A stretch of 64,000 nt of DNA from the human T2T-CHM13v2.0 reference genome, Homo sapiens, in the NCBI RefSeq assembly GCF_009914755.1, contig NC_060947.1, one strand, 5' to 3'. Position numbers and translations under genes: made by a program. The notes under the pieces are model-generated. The model was not told the origin of the DNA and ran no database searches. It saw only the letters and a program-made list of their open reading frames with translations. Shown piece after piece: positions 58,216-64,000 of this stretch (position 1 is its first letter; each line of letters starts with the position of its first letter).

Positions 58216-58426
58216 GTTAATGACCAAAGAACCTTACAGTTGAATACATGGACTCTTGGCTGTTTTGAAAAAGTTGAACAAATACCACAGCAAGTGGAAA
58301 GAAATTGGAAAAAAAAGTCATTATGATTAAAGAATTTATGACAAAATTACTTAGATAAATCTAGTACAATGAGAAATGGTCTATCCTTTTTTTCAGTACC
58401 ATCTTAAATTCAAGCAAGGGACACCC

Positions 58427-58743
58427 TGTGGTGTACAGATTCATGGAGTGGTCTTCACGACCCCTACCTTTTGATATCCACAAGCATATGTAATTCCTCC
58501 CTTTGAGTGTGGGCCAGACCTGCAACTTTCTCCTAATGACCAGAATAGGGCAAAGACAATGGGATGTACATCATTACATACACATGATTACATGATTATA
58601 TAATATTTTAGCACCCATTTTCCTTGAGCTTGTCTCTTCTGGCTTTGAGGAAGCAAAAAGGGATGTTGGAGATCAAGACATGGTAAGGAACTTTGTGTTG
58701 CTTCCAGGAGCTGAGGGTGGCCACCAGCTGATAGCCAGGAAAG
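58427..58743 (+). mobile_element. MLT1F-like LTR, 5' portion
   Basis: TGTGGT...TGTAATTCCTCCCTTTGAGTGTGGGCCAGACCTG...CCAGAATAGGGCAAAG..ATGGGATGT...CTGGCTTTGAGGAAGCAA. Confidence 0.75.
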
Positions 58744-58754
58744 TTTGCTTGGAA

Positions 58755-58904
58755 CACAGTAAAGATCATTTATTTATAAACTGACAATGGCTGCTTTAAC
58801 ACTAGTAGAGCAGAGTCAAGTAATTGTGACAAAGACCAACCGGCCCATAAATTTGAAAATTTGTACTCTCTAGTCCTTTGTGTGAGAAGTTTGCTAAACT
58901 TCTG
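58755..58904 (-). mobile_element. MER58 fragment
   Basis: ATGGCTGCTTT..CAGAGTCAAGTAATTGTGACAAAGACC..GGCCCA...AAGTTTGCTAAACTTCTG. Confidence 0.75.
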
Positions 58905-58974
58905 TTAAGTCATTACTGTCACTACAACACATATTTATTATACGTGAAAATATTTATTATAACAGTATAATTAA

Positions 58975-61900
58975 TTCTTTTTCTTTTTCTTCATTCCAAC
59001 TTTCATTTTAGATTTGGGGGGTACAGGTGCAGATTTGTTACATGGATAAACTGCATGTCATGGAGGTCTAGTATACAGATTATTTCATCACCTATGTAAT
59101 AAGCATAGTGCCCAATAGGTAGTTTTTTGATCCTCATCCTCCTATCATCCCCACACCCTCTAGTAGGCCCCAGTGTCTGTTGTTCCCTTCTTTGTGTTCA
59201 TGTGTACTCAATGTTTAGCACCATCATAAAACTGAGAATATGCAGTATTTTGTTTTCTGTTCCTGCTTTAGTTTGCTCAGGATAATGTCCTTCAGTTCTG
59301 TCCATGTTGCTGCAAAGGACAAGATTTTCTTCTTTTTCATGGATGCATAGTATTCCATGGTATATATGTACCATATTTCATTATCCAGTCCACCGTTGAT
59401 GGGCATCTAGGTTGATTTCATGTCTTTGCTATTATGAATAATGCTCCAGTGAACATGTGAGTGCATGTGTCTTCATGGTAGAATAATTTATATCCTTTTG
59501 GGTATACCCCCAGTGATGGGATTGATGGGTTGAATGGTAGTTCTGTAGTAACTGCTTTGAAAAATCTCCAAACTGCTTTCCACAGTGGCTGAACTAATTT
59601 ACATTCCCACCAACAGTGTATAACTGTTCCTTTTTCTCTGCAGCCTCACTACTAGATGTTTTTTTTTACTTTATACTAATAGCCATTCTGACTGGTGTGA
59701 GATGCTATCTCATTGTGGTTTTAATTTGCATTTCTCTAATGATTAGTGACGTTGAGCATTTTTTCATATGCTTATTGGATGAATGGATGCCTTCTTTTGG
59801 ACTGTATCTGCTTATGTTCTTTGCCCATTTTTTAATAAGGCTGTTTGATTTTGTTTGTTAATTTGTTTGAGTTCCTTATAGTTCTGGATATTAGACCTTT
59901 GTTAGATGCATAGTTTGCAAATATTTTCTTCCATTCTGTAGGTTGTCTATTTACTCTGTTATTTTCTTTCGCTGTGGAGATCTTTGTTTTAAATAGGTCC
60001 CACTTGTCAATTTTTGGTTTTGTTGCAAGTGCTATTGGAGCCTTTGTCATGAAATCTGCCAGGTCGTATATCCGGAATGGTATTTCCTACATTTTCTTGT
60101 AGGGTTGTTTTGTAGTTTTCAGTTATGAACTTAAATATTTAATTCATCTTGACTTGTTTTTTATATGGTAAAAGGAAGAGATCCAGTTTTAATCTTTTGC
60201 ATATGGCTAGCCAGTTATCTCAGCACCATTTATTGAATAGGGTGTCATTTCTCAATTACTTTACCTACTTTGTCAAAAGTCATATGGTTGTAGCTGTGTG
60301 GCTTTATTTCTGGGTTCTATAACCTGTTCCACTGGTCTATGTGTCTGTTTTTGTACCAGTACCATGCTATCTTGGTTACTGTAACCTTGTAGTATAGTTT
60401 GAAGTCAGGTAGTGTAATGCCTCCAGCTTTGTTCTTTTTACTTAAGATTAATTTGTCTATTCAGACTGTTTTTAGTTCCTTTTGATTTTTTAAACAGTAT
60501 TTTCTAATTCTGTGAAAAACATCATTGGTAGTTTAATAGGGATAGCATTGAATCTTTACATGTCTTTGGGCTATATGGCCATTTTAATAATATTGATTCT
60601 TCCTACCCATTAGCATGGAATGTTTTTCCATTTGTTTTTGTTGCTAATTTATTTAAGCAGTGTTTTGTAATTTTTGTTGTAGAGACCTTTCTCCTCCCTG
60701 GTTAGTTGTATTCTTAGATATTTTATTTCTTTTTGTCACTATTATGAACAGGATTGTGTTCTTGATTTGCTTCTCAGCATGGAGGTTATTGGTGTATAGA
60801 AATGCTACTAATTTTTGTACATTGGCTTTGTACCCTGAAACTTTGTTGAAGTTGTTTATCAGATCTAGGAGACTTTGGGCACAGACTATGGGGTTTTCTA
60901 GGTATAAAATTATATCATCTGTGAAGAGAGATAGTTTGATTTTCTCTCTTCTTATTTGGATGCCTTTTATTTCTTTTTCTTGCTTGATGGTTCTGGCTAG
61001 GACTTCCAGTAGTATGTTGAATAGGAGTGGTGAAACTGGGCATCCTTGTCTTGTTCTGATTCTCAAGGGGAATGCTTTCAGATTTTGCCCATTTAGTATC
61101 ATATTGGATGTGAGTTTGTCATAGATGGCTTTTATTTTGAATTATATTTCTTCAATGCTTAGTTCTTGAGGGGTTTTTAACATAAAAGGATATTGGATTT
61201 TATTTAACACATTTTGTGCATCTATTGAGATGATTATGTAGTTTTTGTTTTTAGTTCTGTTTATGTGTTGAATCATATTTATTTATTTGCCTTTATTGAA
61301 CCCACCTTGCACCCCAGGAATAAAACCTACTTGATTGTGGTAGATTAGCTTTTTGATGTGTTGTTGGATTTGGTTTGGTAGTATTTTGTTGAGGATTTTC
61401 TCATCTATGTTCATCAAGAATATTGACCGGAAGTTTTCTTATTTCACTGTGTCTTTGGCAGGCTTTGATATCAGAATGATGCTGGACTCATAAAATGAGT
61501 TAGGGAGGACTCTTTTCTCCTCAATTTTTTGGAATAATTTCAGGAAGAGTGGTACCAGCTCTTACTTATACATTTGGTAGAATTTTGGTGTGTATCTGCC
61601 TTGTCCTGGGCTTCTTCAGGTTTGTTATTACTGATTCAATTTCAGCACTCCTAATTGGTCTGTCCAAGGTTTTAATTTCTTTCTGGTTCAATCTTGGGAC
61701 GTTGTATGTTTTCAGGAATTTATCCATTTCTTCTAGATTTTCCAGTTTGTGTGTGTAGAGTTGTTCTTAATAGTCTCCAAGTGTTTTTTGTATTTCTGTG
61801 ATGTTGGTGGTAATGTCTCCACTTTGTATCATTTTTTACATCTCAATTCCCTTCAGTTCAGCTCTGATTTTCATTATTTCTTTTCTTCTGCTAGCCTCAT

Positions 61901-64000
61901 AGTTGGTTTCTCTTGTTTCTCTAGTTTCTCTAGGTGTGATGTTAGATTGTTAATTTGAGATTTTTCTAAATTTTTGATGTGGGCCTTTAGTGCTATAAAC
62001 TTTCCTCTTAACACTGCTTTTGCTATGTCCCAGAAATTCTGGTATGTTGCATCTTTGTTCTTATTGGTTTGAAAAAATGTCTTGATTTCTGCCGTAATTT
62101 TGTGGTTTACTCAAAAGTAATTCTGGAGCAGGTAGTTTAATTTTTATGTAATTGTATGGTTTTGAGATATCTTCCTAGTATTGATTTCTATTTTATTGTA
62201 CTGTGGTCCAAGAATGTGGTTGGTATTTTTTTTATTTGTTGAGAATTGCTTTACTGATAAGCATGAGATTGATTTTAGATTATGTGCCATGTGCAGATGA
62301 GAAGAATGTATATTCTGGTTTTTGGGTGGAGTATTAGGCAGATGTCTGTTAGGTCCATTTGGTCAAGTGTTAAGTTTTGGTCCCAAATATCTCTGTTAGT
62401 TTTTTACCTTGATGATCTATTATTGTCAGTGGGGTGTTGAGATCTCACAGTATTATTGTATGGTTACTTAGTTATCTTCATAGATCTCTAAGAACTTGTT
62501 TTATGAATCTGGGTGCTCCTGTGTTAGGTGAATATATATTTGGGATAGTTAAGTCATCTTGTTGAATTGAAGCTCTTATCATTATGTAGTGCCCTTCTTT
62601 GCTCTTTTTGATTGTCGTGGTTTAAATTTGTTTTTTTTTTTTTCTGTAATTAGAATAACAACCTTGGCTTCTTTTTGCTTTCCATTTGGCTGGTAGATTT
62701 TTCTTTACTTTGAACTTATAGGTGCCATTGCATGTGAGATGGGTCTCTTGAAGATAGCATACAGGTGAGTCTTGCATCTTCAACCAACTTTCCTTTTAAG
62801 TGAACACTTTTAAGTGGAGACTTTAACCAACTTTGCCTTTTAAATGGAGAGTTTAGCCTGTTTATATACAAGGTTAATATTGATATGTCCGGATTTGATC
62901 CTAGTCATGTTGTTAGCTGATTGTTATATAGACTTGATTTTGTAGTTGCTTTGTAGTTGCTTTGTAGCAACTTGCTTTGTAGCTGCTTTGTAGTCATTAT
63001 GTACATTATTTGTGTACATAATGTAGTACAAATACATTATGTATGTATTTAAGTGTGTTTTTATGGTGGCCTGTAATGATCTTTCATTTCCATGTTTAGT
63101 GCTCCCTTAAGGACCTCTTGTAAGGTAAGTCCGGTGGTAACAAATTCCCTTAGCATTTGCTTGTCTGAAAAAGGTTTTATTTCTTCTTTACTTGTGAAGC
63201 TCAATTTGGCTGAATATAAAATTCTTGGTTGGAATTTCCTTTTCTTTAGGATGTTGAATATACACACCCAGTATTTTCTGGACTGCTGGGTTACTGCTGA
63301 AAGATTCATTGTCAACCAAATGAGCGTCCTTAGCAGGTGATCTGCCCTTCTCTGTAGCTGTCTTTTATATTTTTCCTTTCACATTGACCTTGGAGAATCT
63401 GAGGACTCTGTGTCTTGGAGATGGTCATCTTGTATAGTATCTCACTGGGGTTCTCTGAATTTCCTGAATTTGAATGTGGACCTCTCTAACACAGGGGAAA
63501 AGTTTCATGGGTGATATCCTCAAGTAAGATTTCCAAGTTGCTTACTCTCTCTCCCTCTTTTAAGGACCCATATGAGTCATAGATTTGTTCTCTTTACATA
63601 ATCGCATATTTCTCAAGGTTTTGTTCATTCATTTTTTTTCCTTTATTTTTGCCCAACTGAATTGATTCAAAGAACCAGTCTTTGAGTTCTGAGATACTTT
63701 GTTCAGCTTGGTCTATTCTGCTGTCAATACTTCAAATTGTATTATGAAATTCTTGTAGTGAGTTTTTCAGCTTTATCAGCACAGTTTAATTTTTTCTTAA
63801 CATGGCTATTTCATCTTTTATTTCTTGTATCATTTTACCTGATTCCTTAGATTCCTTGGATTGGGTTTCAACTTTCTCTTGAATCTTGATTGTCTTTTTT
63901 GCCAACTAGAGTCTGAATTCTAAGTTTGTCATTTCAGCCATTTCAGCCTGATTTAGAACTATTGCTGGGGAGGTACTGTGGTCATTTGAAGAAAGAAGAA
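58975..64000 (-). mobile_element. Long L1PA15/L1PA16-like L1 (3'UTR, decayed ORF2, ORF1), continuing past the window end
   Basis: 3'UTR CCAACTTTCATTTTAG...TACAGATTATTTCATCACC..GTAATAAGCATAG; RT fragment 60653-61102 ([18 protein letters not shown]...LFTDD); ORF1 fragment 63061-63315 (FQPRILYSAKLSF). Confidence 0.94.

Noticed and set aside
57960-58326. Low-complexity ORFs
   Set aside because: Translations of the (TTCC)n tract.

Overview
Primate genomic DNA, most likely human or another ape (an L1PA3-type L1 and AluY elements are present). It is AT-rich, CpG-poor and dominated by transposon fossils: a full-length THE1 MaLR provirus, solo MaLR/ERV1 LTRs, L1s of several ages, L2, CR1/L3, MIR, Tigger1, MER58 and seven Alus. 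I found no host protein-coding gene, RNA gene or CpG island. Every long ORF in the track belongs to L1, Tigger1, THE1-int or Alu, so the window looks intergenic or deep-intronic. The most notable structure is a twin-primed (5'-inverted) L1PA3 with a perfect 15-bp TSD and an internal deletion of about 0.9 kb, which leaves a stand-alone endonuclease-length ORF carrying a Y115N change. Smaller oddities are a 27-bp non-tandem duplication, a GATA-bearing imperfect palindrome, a fold-back microrearrangement in an old L1, an AT-rich VNTR and a candidate non-coding exon. I do not see support for a new biological system. Subfamily names come from recalled consensus sequences, and boundaries of old repeats are approximate.
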